From the IMG/VR virus record IMGVR_UViG_3300031949_000044, positions 1 through 56,859 of that record: a DNA stretch of 56,859 bases. The stretch is one strand, 5' to 3'. Positions 16,103 to 24,297 of the stretch are shown here, in pieces (position 1 is the stretch's first letter; every line of letters starts with the position of its first letter). The notes under the pieces were generated by a model that saw only the letters and a program-made list of their open reading frames with translations, had not been told where the DNA came from and searched no databases. Origin of the DNA: a virus (Duplodnaviria > Caudoviricetes). Both the position numbers and the translations under genes were made by a program.

Positions 16103-17605
16103 TTACTCGTCCTCGTCCTTCTTCAGGATGTCCCAGCCCTCGACCCGGTGATCCACCAGCACGTCGCTGACCAGGTCCTCCAGAAGTCCGTCGATCGTCG
16201 GGACGTTGGCACCCTCGCGAGCGCCCTCCATGAGTTCGAGCTGACGCTTCATGCCGGCCGCCGCGTTAACCAGATCCTCCGTGTTGATCGGTTCGGTCGG
16301 GATGCCGCCGGCACGCAGGATCGCGTACCGCTTGGTGCGCTGAATGGCTTCGACGTTGAACGCCGGACCGTATCCCTTGAACGCCTCGGCGACCTGGGCG
16401 TAGTCAATGTCTCCGAGCATGTTCGCCGGGAGCACCGCCTTCACCAGCTTCTCGTAGCCTCCCGCGTCCAACGGTCCGATGTGGATTACCGCATCGAGTC
16501 GGCCAGGACGCATGACGCCCTTCTGGATGTTCTCCACATAGTTCGTGGTGAACACGGCCATGATCGCACCGGACTTGGCCTGGATGCCGTCGAGTGCCTC
16601 CAGGAGCTTGGAGATGAAGTCATCATCCCCGGCCTGCTTGGTGTCCAGGTCCTCGAACCAGAGCACGGCAGGCGCGTAGATCTTCGCGGTCTTGATCGCC
16701 TCGAACAGGTTGTCCTTGCCGGGACGCACTTGAATGAACGTGTGGCCGGCGGCGATCGCCTCCTGTGCCGTCAGGAGACCGGCCAGGGTCTTGCCCGTAC
16801 CGAACGGACCCTCCAGAAGCACGTGCCGCTTGGAGCCCAACTGTGCCGCCTTCGCCGCTTCCGGGTACCGCAGACCCAGCCAGACGTGGGCCTCCAGCTC
16901 CTTCAGGACGTCGTCGGAGTACACGACCTTCTTCGGGTCCACCGAAATGTCGATGAACCCGGGGTGCTGGCCACCATCGATGGCCTTACCCTTGTAGATA
17001 GAGTTGGTCCTCAGCTCCTCCTCCAGGCGCATGAAGAAGCCCTCGATCCGCGCCCGGAACCGCTTCGGCGCGGTGGCCTGGATGCTGCCAACGACACCGT
17101 CCTCCGAGACGTTGTACCCGACGTCGAAGGTGCACTCCAGGTTGGGGAGCCTGACCAGCCCCCACGGAACCTGGATCGACTCGGTCAGGCTGAGCGGAAC
17201 GGTCATGAACTCCGGTGGCTCCGGGCCGAACATGGTCTGGCGCGTGACCCCCATCCCGGTGTTGCCGAAGATCGACTCCAGGGTCCGGTGGAACGCGGCG
17301 GCCACGTCGTAGGGCCGATACTTGAACGTTCGGGTGACCCGGTGCTCCTTGGCGAGATCCCGCCGGTGCCGGTCGATGTACGCCATGAACTCGTCCAGGC
17401 GACCTTCGTACGCGGCCGGGATGACGATCCGCGTGCCCTCGTAGACCAGAGTGTCGTCGCGAACGGTCATGCCACCCAGGGCGTCCAGGAGCCGGAACGC
17501 GGTGTTCTGGATCTGCTCCGACTCGCTGGCAAAGTTCTCGGCCCGCTGGCGATCGGCTTCCACTCCCTGCATCAGGAGTTTGACATCGATCCCCGTCGTC
17601 GGCAC
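16103..17605 (-). CDS. AAA+ ATPase
   Basis: Walker A GPFGTGKT, Walker B VLWFEDLD, SRH TTN...MRPGRLD. Confidence 0.9.
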   Translation of the reverse strand: MPTTGIDVKLLMQGVEADRQRAENFASESEQIQNTAFRLLDALGGMTVRDDTLVYEGTRIVIPAAYEGRLDEFMAYIDRHRRDLAKEHRVTRTFKYRPYDVAAAFHRTLESIFGNTGMGVTRQTMFGPEPPEFMTVPLSLTESIQVPWGLVRLPNLECTFDVGYNVSEDGVVGSIQATAPKRFRARIEGFFMRLEEELRTNSIYKGKAIDGGQHPGFIDISVDPKKVVYSDDVLKELEAHVWLGLRYPEAAKAAQLGSKRHVLLEGPFGTGKTLAGLLTAQEAIAAGHTFIQVRPGKDNLFEAIKTAKIYAPAVLWFEDLDTKQAGDDDFISKLLEALDGIQAKSGAIMAVFTTNYVENIQKGVMRPGRLDAVIHIGPLDAGGYEKLVKAVLPANMLGDIDYAQVAEAFKGYGPAFNVEAIQRTKRYAILRAGGIPTEPINTEDLVNAAAGMKRQLELMEGAREGANVPTIDGLLEDLVSDVLVDHRVEGWDILKKDEDE

Positions 17606-17662
17606 GAGTGAGTTGTTGCTGCTAATGATCTTCTCCCTTCCTCGATTCCTTTGATGTGTACG

Positions 17663-17821
17663 TGGGGAGACCAGGATTTGAACCTGGAACCTACGGTGTG
17701 CCGGAGCTGGAGCCTTTCGGCGTGCGTCTCACATGCGGCGCATGTCCAACAGAGGTGACCAGGGAGGACGAGATCCCTATCGCTCCGGTGACCGTTGCTC
17801 TGCCCGTTGAGCTATCTCCCC
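17663..17821 (-). ncRNA. tRNA-like RNA with an approximately 90-nt structured insertion in the anticodon loop
   Basis: GGGGAGA/TCTCCCC acceptor, GCTC/GAGC D stem, ACGGT/ACCGT anticodon stem, CCAGG-TTCAAAT-CCTGG T arm; the insert is closed by CCGGAGC/GCTCCGG. Confidence 0.75.
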
Positions 17822-17851
17822 GGGCGGGGACCGAAGTCCCCCTTGCTGGTG

Positions 17852-18658
17852 TTACGCGACCACGATCAGGTCGCCGGTCGATGGTTGCAGGTTCTTGACC
17901 TGGCCCGCGTAGACCCGGCCTTGCCGCTGGTTGTCGGCACTCAGCAACTTGGCCGCTTCGATGGCTCCGGCCTCGTCGTACGCCTGGACCTCGTACCGCA
18001 CGACGGCGGCGATCGGGGCCTCGACGTAGAAGTACTTCTTGGCGGGTAGTGGGTCGAGCTTCAGCTTGCGAAGCTCATCGTTGATGCCAGAGAGGCACAA
18101 CCGAGCTTCGTTCTGAAGCCAGATGGCCTGCTCTCGCGCCGCCACCTTGAGGGCCTCGTACTCCGCCTCCAGTGTCGCGTACTGCTCCACCAGTGACACC
18201 TCGGCGCCGTCGACCGTTGCGGTATCGGCGGCCTTGGCGGCGTCGGCCTGGACGATCAGGTTCAGGGCCGTGACGTCGCGCTGGACGTTGCCGTCCCTGA
18301 GGTTCAGCACGGTGCGGTCCGAGCGGCCCAGGTGCTTGGCCCCGTCCAGCCCGATCTTGGCCAGCAGGGCCGTTGCGGCCTCAGCCTCGGTCGTACCGGT
18401 CACGCTGTACGTCCGGTCCAGGGTCGCCGGAAGCGTGAACTCGAAGGTCTTCGCCTCCGGCGGCTCCGACAGGCCCAGCGCCGTCAGGACGATGGCCCTC
18501 TGCGGATTGCTGACGTTGCCCATCACCGAGCCGACGATGCCGGCCTTCAGCTTGTCCAGCTTCTTCTGGCTGGCCGCGATGCGCTCGCGCCACTGGTCGT
18601 CGGTCAGTGGAAATGTGGCCCTGCCCGTGACCTTCGCGGCGGTTTCCTTGAGACTCAA
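17852..18658 (-). CDS. Hypothetical protein (coiled-coil segments)
   Basis: 268-aa ORF with strong GC3 bias and AAGGGAGAG RBS. Confidence 0.75.
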   Translation of the reverse strand: MSLKETAAKVTGRATFPLTDDQWRERIAASQKKLDKLKAGIVGSVMGNVSNPQRAIVLTALGLSEPPEAKTFEFTLPATLDRTYSVTGTTEAEAATALLAKIGLDGAKHLGRSDRTVLNLRDGNVQRDVTALNLIVQADAAKAADTATVDGAEVSLVEQYATLEAEYEALKVAAREQAIWLQNEARLCLSGINDELRKLKLDPLPAKKYFYVEAPIAAVVRYEVQAYDEAGAIEAAKLLSADNQRQGRVYAGQVKNLQPSTGDLIVVA

Positions 18659-18699
18659 GAATCTCTCCCTTCGTTGGGTCTTGCTTGGTTGATATAGGA

Positions 18700-18728
18700 A
18701 CAGTAGCCTACTCGGACTGTGTAGTCAA
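18700..18728 (-). promoter_or_regulatory. Sigma70-type promoter
   Basis: TTGACT-N17-TACTGT. Confidence 0.6.
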
Positions 18729-18735
18729 CCCCCGA

Positions 18736-19152
18736 TCAGAAAACCAACACCTCACATCCGAGCTGATTCGCTGACTCAGCCTTGAACATGCCTTGTGCGT
18801 TGTACCCGACCATGTACGCCGAACACCCCACATTTACCGGGTGTGGCCAATCCGGGAACACGTCGATCGTGGCGACTCGGCCCTTGATCGAGTTACAGGA
18901 CGCCTTGAAGATCCGCTTGGGCGTCTGGTCGTTGACCACAGCCGCCTGGATCCCCCTACCGTCTGCGCAGTCATAGTTCACTGCCGCGTGACGATACTCA
19001 CTGGTAGCGGTCAGCCGGACCTGACGGGTGCTGTCTGGGTCGTCTTGCCTGGGTTTCGGATCGAAGAACTTGCCGCCGGTACCCATGCTGATCACGACCA
19101 AGGCACCGATCGCGATCAGGAATCCAAGTATTCGAATACGTGAAGTGACCAT
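18736..19152 (-). CDS. Membrane-anchored surface protein (MmpS-like beta domain, tentative)
   Basis: N-terminal TM helix, beta-rich Cys-containing ectodomain, GGAGG RBS. Confidence 0.6.
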   Translation of the reverse strand: MVTSRIRILGFLIAIGALVVISMGTGGKFFDPKPRQDDPDSTRQVRLTATSEYRHAAVNYDCADGRGIQAAVVNDQTPKRIFKASCNSIKGRVATIDVFPDWPHPVNVGCSAYMVGYNAQGMFKAESANQLGCEVLVF

Positions 19153-19171
19153 TGCCCTCCTCTCCTATGCG

Positions 19172-19250
19172 TGGGGTGGGCAGGATTCGAACCTGCGCAT
19201 ACGGCTCATCAAGCCCGGGTGCCGCGCTCTACCATTTGAGCTACCACCCC
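19172..19250 (-). ncRNA. tRNA-like RNA with an expanded (about 15-nt) anticodon loop
   Basis: GGGGTGG/CCACCCC acceptor, GCTC/GAGC D stem, canonical T arm; CGGC/GCCG encloses ACCCGGGCTTGATGA. Confidence 0.75.
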
Positions 19251-19850
19251 AAGGTGCCGATCCAGGGACCCCTCTCCTTGCGGAGCAAGCGCCGGTGCCA
19301 AACCCATCAATGGGCCTGTGCGCGGGGTACCTGGATCGGACTTGTGAGCGAAGGGTGAAGGCATGCCCTCCCAGGGTGCTTCGCTCGGTCGCAGGGAACC
19401 TAAGGTGCCGTAACTGGACAGTCGGATCCGCCAGTGATGAGCACGCCCTTCCGATGGGCGTTTCCTGTGACGATATGGAGTCACGCCTTGCATCCGGGCT
19501 ACTCCTCTACCCCATTGGCCTGGATCCTGACTTTCCAAGTCCATCCGGCGGCAGCTTGGTGCGTTCGCGGGTTCCTGGGCGACGGTTACCCCAGGCAAAT
19601 GGACGGCCTTGACCGTTCTTTACCCACTTCGTGATCGAGATCCTCCATCCCCCACTTGGGCGAAGATTGCCTCTCGCCATCCAGAATCAGTGGCTACTGG
19701 ATGGACACCAGTCACGCGCTGGTTGCTTGTGTCCCTGGTTTCCGACTGGGTCGATCAACTCCAGTCACCTTCAGGAGATCCGCAGGCGATCAGTCAGGTC
19801 ATCGCGCATCTCTGACTGGAAGGCGTCTCCACGCCCGGGACCCAGGCGTC
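19251..19850 (-). ncRNA. Candidate large structured ncRNA
   Basis: About 600 nt without a credible ORF and dense in inverted repeats (ccgatccagg/cctggatcgg, gagcgaag/cttcgctc, ccatccag/ctggatgg, cagtcag/ctgactg). Confidence 0.5.
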
Positions 19851-19970
19851 TGCTTCAGAAGATCTACGTACCGGCGAGGACCACGATCACCAGGATCATG
19901 ATCACCACCGCGACCGCGATCAACGGTGGTGGCTGCCAGTCTTCCACGAAAACGTACTCCTCTTTCCTGT

Positions 19971-20046
19971 TGGTGGATCACCTGGGACTCGAACCCAGAA
20001 CCGCCTGATTAAGAGTCAGGAACTCTGCCAATTGAGTTAGCGATCC
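19971..20046 (-). tRNA. tRNA-Lys(CTT)
   Basis: Canonical cloverleaf, CCTGA-CTCTTAA-TCAGG anticodon arm, encoded CCA. Confidence 0.9.
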
Positions 20047-20320
20047 AGGCAAGTTGGTGGGGGGACCTGACGGAAGGGAGTCCAACGCCAGGTCCCCCGT
20101 TTCAGGTGGGAAGCACGCGGCGGCCTGGACGGGGAGAACGGGCTGGCCGCGTGCTTGTGGGGGAAGAACACCACCTGAAGTTTGATGCCGGGTTTGAATT
20201 TCAAGACCAACCCACCCGGGCCAAGGTCATGGTGCTGTACCACTGCCCGTATCTAGAAAAGGCTTCACCCGATCTTGCCTACGTGATCACCGTGTCGGGA
20301 GGCTAGTGTCTAGCCACATT

Positions 20321-20390
20321 GTGCCGTGACGGGACTCGAACCCGCGTTCTTCCCCTCGCGAGGGACGCTCTGCCACTGAGCTACACGACG
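20321..20390 (-). ncRNA. tRNA-like RNA with a 4-nt anticodon loop
   Basis: TAGCTCAGTGGCAGAGC D arm, GCGGG-TTCGAGT-CCCGT T arm, TCCCT-CGCG-AGGGG anticodon arm, C1:A72 mismatch. Confidence 0.7.
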
Positions 20391-20487
20391 GATCTTCCAG
20401 CTACTGATTCCACGTTCCACGGCTGGTACGCGTCCCCGCACCCATCCAGGTGCACCGCTTCCTGAGTCCTGGTCACTGGTCGATCTC

Positions 20488-20877
20488 TTACCAGCCGGGA
20501 CTACCGGCGGCTTTCAGTTTGGCTCTATATCTGCGAGCCTTCAGTCTCTGATGCGTCTTGCAGTCGTCACACTTGCAACCGTTGCGGTACATGGTACCAG
20601 TGCCGTGCGTCTTTTGGCTCTTCTCGTAGTTGCTCTTGATCTGGTGACATGCCCGACAGAGCACTTGGCACTTGACCAGCTCTGCGTCTCGGCGCACCCG
20701 GGACCAGGACCACACGGCATGATGGACCTTGGTCCGTGGGTTCAGATGGTCCAGCTCCAGATTCTCTGTCGAGCCACATTTTCGGCACGGTCCGTTGGCT
20801 GCGAACCAAGCCTCGCGGCGCTTGTTCATCCATGCCAATTGATACGCCGCCTGTTGGGCGGGGTCCTTGTACCCCAT
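20488..20877 (-). CDS. HNH endonuclease within the tRNA cluster
   Basis: CRKC...LELDHLNP...CQVLCRACH; C-terminal HGT..Y..GCKCDDC motif. Confidence 0.85.
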   Translation of the reverse strand: MGYKDPAQQAAYQLAWMNKRREAWFAANGPCRKCGSTENLELDHLNPRTKVHHAVWSWSRVRRDAELVKCQVLCRACHQIKSNYEKSQKTHGTGTMYRNGCKCDDCKTHQRLKARRYRAKLKAAGSPGW

Positions 20878-20901
20878 GTTGCGGGATACTACATGAACCC
20901 T

Positions 20902-20978
20902 TGGTGCCGGGGGCCAGATTTGAACTGGCGACTTCCGACTTATGAGGACGGCGAGCTACCAAGCTGCTCCACCCCGGT
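20902..20978 (-). tRNA. tRNA-Met(CAT), initiator-like D arm
   Basis: CTCATAA loop, TGGAGCAGCTTGGTAGCTC D arm, 1:72 mismatch, encoded CCA; lacks the three G-C anticodon-stem pairs of fMet tRNA. Confidence 0.8.
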
Positions 20979-21201
20979 GCGGACAGAGACCCACGGAGAG
21001 GTGCGTCCACGTGCGTAGGTCTCTGCCCTGGGTATGGGTGCCGTGCCAAGGGGATGCCCGGTAGGTGCTCGGCATGATTACCGCTGTTCACCCATACTGT
21101 CTTTGAAGATCCACTATGCAATTCTCAACCTACAGTAGCGCCTTCTGGAGTGCTACGCGGCTGAGTCTGCAACCTCCCCGTCGCTCTCCCTTGCATCCCA
21201 A

Positions 21202-21231
21202 ACGATAGACCCCCTCCCCCGGGGGTGTCAA
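21202..21231 (-). promoter_or_regulatory. Major leftward promoter carrying the CCCCCGGGGGAGGGG spacer motif
   Basis: TTGACA-N18-TATCGT, divergent from the terminase gene. Confidence 0.75.
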
Positions 21232-21286
21232 CCGGATTCTGCAAGATCTTTCCAGGTCCTGATCAACAGGCCCTAGTATTAGCCCT

Positions 21287-22717
21287 ATGGGTATGTCCAC
21301 AGCCGAACGTATCGCCAGGCTGCCGGCTGCCCAGCGAAAGAAATGGGTCGAATCCCTGCCCGATGACATGGTCCGGGAGATGTCGCGTGGGGAATGGTGG
21401 TACACGGCTCGACCGGAACAGGTCCCCCCTCCCGGCAACTGGATGGTGCACCTGGCACTCGCGGGACGCGGCTGGGGAAAGAGTCGTGCCGGCTCGGAGT
21501 GGCTGGTTGAGCGGACCCAGCTCCATCCATTCGATCGTCATGGCGCGCCAACTGAATGGCTGGTGATCGCGGAGACGCTGTCTGATGCCCGGACCATTTG
21601 TATGGAAGGACCAGCCGGGATTTTACGCGTCCTGGATCGTCGGGAGATCAAGTATCGGTACAAGCAGACCCCTCGTCCCATGGTGCTGTTCCCAGACGGT
21701 ACGAAAATCTACTGTGAAGGCGCCGACGATGCGGACGTAGCTCGTGGACGTAACGCTGCCGGCGGGTGGCTTGACGAGCTTGCGAAATGGTCCTATAGCT
21801 ACGCAAGCTGGTACGAAGGTATCATGCCCTCCCTCCGGGCCGACCTCGCCGGGGATCACCCACGGGTCTTCGTCACCACCACCCCGAAGCCGATCAAGCT
21901 GCTCCAGGAGTGGATCAAACGGACCGATGGGACTATTTCCCTGGTATCCGGGTCTACGTTCGACAACCGGGCCAACCTGTCCCAGCAGGTCCTCACGGAG
22001 CTGGAGAACCGGTACCGGGGAACCACCATCGGACGCCAGGAGCTGTACGGGGAACTCCTGGAGGCGATCGAAGGCGCCCTGTTCCGTCGCTCGGACATCA
22101 ACCGCAACCGGGTCAAGAGCATCCCGGATGGTTCTCGGGTGACCAGCATCGTGGTCGGCGTGGACCCTGGTCTCACGGACGAGGGCGACCACACCGGGAT
22201 CGTGGTGGTGGGCAGGAACAACAAGGACAACCACATGTACGTTCTCGCCGACCGTTCGACTCTGGGCGCCGGGCGCGAGGTGGCGATCATCTGCTGGCGG
22301 ACCCTGGCCGAGTTCGGCGGGGACTGGTTGGTGGTCGAGAACAACCTGGGTAAGCGCTGGATGTCCGATGTGTTCTCGGACGCGTACAACGAGCTGGTCA
22401 AGGATGGTCTCTTCCCTGCCGGCACACAGCCACCGATCAAGACCGTCGACTCCAAGGTCGGCAAGCAGACCCGGGCTCAACCGGTGGCCATGCGCTACGA
22501 GCAGAACAAGATCCATCACGTTGGGAAATACGATGATCTAGAAGACGAGATGGTGTCCTACATGCCCGACGTCAAGGACAGCCCGGACCGGATGGATGCA
22601 CTTGTCCACGCCGTTCGATGGCTTATGGCCCAGGAGAAGCGGTCCCTGCGGATGGCCTCTCCGCAACAAGTGGACGTGGAGTTCTCCCGGCTGATGAACG
22701 AGTTGAACCTGACCTAG
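21287..22717 (+). CDS. Terminase large subunit
   Basis: AGRGWGKS Walker A, WLDE Walker B, VTTTP, VGVDPG and DRMDA nuclease motifs. Confidence 0.95.
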   Translation: MGMSTAERIARLPAAQRKKWVESLPDDMVREMSRGEWWYTARPEQVPPPGNWMVHLALAGRGWGKSRAGSEWLVERTQLHPFDRHGAPTEWLVIAETLSDARTICMEGPAGILRVLDRREIKYRYKQTPRPMVLFPDGTKIYCEGADDADVARGRNAAGGWLDELAKWSYSYASWYEGIMPSLRADLAGDHPRVFVTTTPKPIKLLQEWIKRTDGTISLVSGSTFDNRANLSQQVLTELENRYRGTTIGRQELYGELLEAIEGALFRRSDINRNRVKSIPDGSRVTSIVVGVDPGLTDEGDHTGIVVVGRNNKDNHMYVLADRSTLGAGREVAIICWRTLAEFGGDWLVVENNLGKRWMSDVFSDAYNELVKDGLFPAGTQPPIKTVDSKVGKQTRAQPVAMRYEQNKIHHVGKYDDLEDEMVSYMPDVKDSPDRMDALVHAVRWLMAQEKRSLRMASPQQVDVEFSRLMNELNLT

Positions 22718-23175
22718 GCCGGATGCGGGGCGCCGACCACCCAGGCGCAGGCAACGTCGTATATGTACGGGTCGTTGCTCGTTGCGGCGCTGACCTCGTC
22801 CCCATTCTCGCGGACGTAACAGTTGATGGTTCCGAACCGCTCGTGTGAACTGACGTGACCAGTCCGCTCCACATGCATCGAGATCGTGGTTCCAGCGACC
22901 GCCATGAAACCACGGACGAAGATGCCATGACCGTTTCCGCTGCTACCGCCACCATGCAGGGGGATCTCCTCCGAGCGCCCGTTGATGACTAGTCTGAGTT
23001 GGGCCAGATTCAGGGTCGATACCGATCCGATCTGGATGTCGTAGGCGTGCTCTCCGTCCTTCGGTCGGTAGTCTACATACTTGTCTTTTCCCAGGCCGGT
23101 GATGTTCCCGTTACTGAGAATGGCGGCCAGGATTATCATGCCAACGAACAGCGCCAGTTTGCTCTGTACCTTCAT
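22714..23175 (-). CDS. Membrane-anchored surface protein (MmpS-like, tentative)
   Basis: N-terminal TM; C-terminal INCYVRENG...VAC Cys pair. Confidence 0.65.
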   Translation of the reverse strand: MKVQSKLALFVGMIILAAILSNGNITGLGKDKYVDYRPKDGEHAYDIQIGSVSTLNLAQLRLVINGRSEEIPLHGGGSSGNGHGIFVRGFMAVAGTTISMHVERTGHVSSHERFGTINCYVRENGDEVSAATSNDPYIYDVACAWVVGAPHPA

Positions 23176-23185
23176 TCGACTCCTT

Positions 23186-23596
23186 TCAACGTGGTGTGTG
23201 CTTACAGATCGCCTGGCCGGTGGGCTCGCTTCCTTGGCCGTCCACGATGATGGCGCCGTTGATGATCGTGCAGAAGACCGGCCCTGGTCCTATGGGCTGG
23301 GCGATGAGGAACACTCTGGTTCCCTTGGGGACGATGACGGTTTCTCGCCGGGAGTAGAACTCGATCTCCTTATCCCATTTCAGGTTCCAGACCTTCGGCG
23401 GACCAGGCACGGCGCCGATGCCATAGGACGCTGCGGCCTTGGTGTCACGCAGGGATGTGACCTGGAGCGTGATTTTGACGGCCTTACGTTCGGTTTCTTC
23501 CTTGTTTGCGTTCATCTGGAACACGGCGCTGACCGTGAGTCCGGCCAGTCCTACAGCAACGATCCCAGCTCCTTTGCTTCGCGTCTTCTCAGCCAA
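23186..23596 (-). CDS. Membrane-anchored surface protein (MmpS-like, tentative)
   Basis: N-terminal TM; LIAQ...VFCTIING...AIC pattern. Confidence 0.65.
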   Translation of the reverse strand: MAEKTRSKGAGIVAVGLAGLTVSAVFQMNANKEETERKAVKITLQVTSLRDTKAAASYGIGAVPGPPKVWNLKWDKEIEFYSRRETVIVPKGTRVFLIAQPIGPGPVFCTIINGAIIVDGQGSEPTGQAICKHTPR

Positions 23597-23605
23597 GGTC
23601 CCCGC

Positions 23606-23860
23606 CTACTTGATGAAAACGGCGAATAGGCCATAGCCGGACGCCATGATCCCGGCAATGAAGAAGGTGACGTACCGAACGATCGGATAGTTCTTCCACA
23701 CGTATGCGGCGATGGAGGCGACGACCAGAATCGCTACCACCGTCCAAAAGTATGGGCTTCCGATCAGGTCGCTGAGGATCTGCCTGAACTTCTCGGCACC
23801 CTCGTTGTCCGTGGGGATCGTGATCTCTCCGTCGCCAGGGTCGGGTGCGTAGAGCAGCAT
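23606..23860 (-). CDS. Two-TM membrane protein
   Basis: Hydrophobic helices; AAGGGAG RBS. Confidence 0.65.
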   Translation of the reverse strand: MLLYAPDPGDGEITIPTDNEGAEKFRQILSDLIGSPYFWTVVAILVVASIAAYVWKNYPIVRYVTFFIAGIMASGYGLFAVFIK

Positions 23861-23981
23861 GGATGGACTCCCTTCTCTCGCTTGTAGTATCTATAGCCTA
23901 CCATGGTCACCCCGGGAGGGGGAGGGGGTACCCGCCAGTAGTTACGCCCGTTCGTGCGCCATCTGAAACGATCGCTATACC

Positions 23982-24296
23982 ATGGCATCTGTGATCAATG
24001 TCCTGGTACTCGTGGTCCTGGTTCTGGCGGTGGCCAGGGTCTCCAGGCTGATCACGACCGATGACCTTTTCCTCTTCGTTCGAACCTTCGTCATCCGGAA
24101 GTTCGGCGAGGAATCAAAGATGACCACCCTCGTATTCTGTACGTGGTGCAACTCGGTCTGGTTCGGGATTGCGATGGCCGCGCTCACATTCCTCGCCGCT
24201 GACGCCCCCAAATACGTGGCCATGTCCTGGCACGTACTCCTGACCGGGCTCGCGGCCTCATACGTCACTGGTCTACTGGCGAAGTTGGAAGGCTGA
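23982..24296 (+). CDS. DUF1360-like membrane protein
   Basis: ARVSRLITTDD...LVFCTWCNSVW; the GTG at 23991 may be a leaderless start. Confidence 0.7.
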   Translation: MASVINVLVLVVLVLAVARVSRLITTDDLFLFVRTFVIRKFGEESKMTTLVFCTWCNSVWFGIAMAALTFLAADAPKYVAMSWHVLLTGLAASYVTGLLAKLEG

Positions 24297-24297
24297 C

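Noticed and set aside
16100-17611. Long antisense ORFs (16100-17611, 14471-15808, 29569-31542, 8128-9150 and others)
   Set aside because: Shadow frames of high-GC3 genes on the opposite strand that have recognisable motifs.
17663-17821. tmRNA or group I intron-containing tRNA
   Set aside because: It has a normal D stem, and the insert is too short with no obvious tag ORF or intron core.
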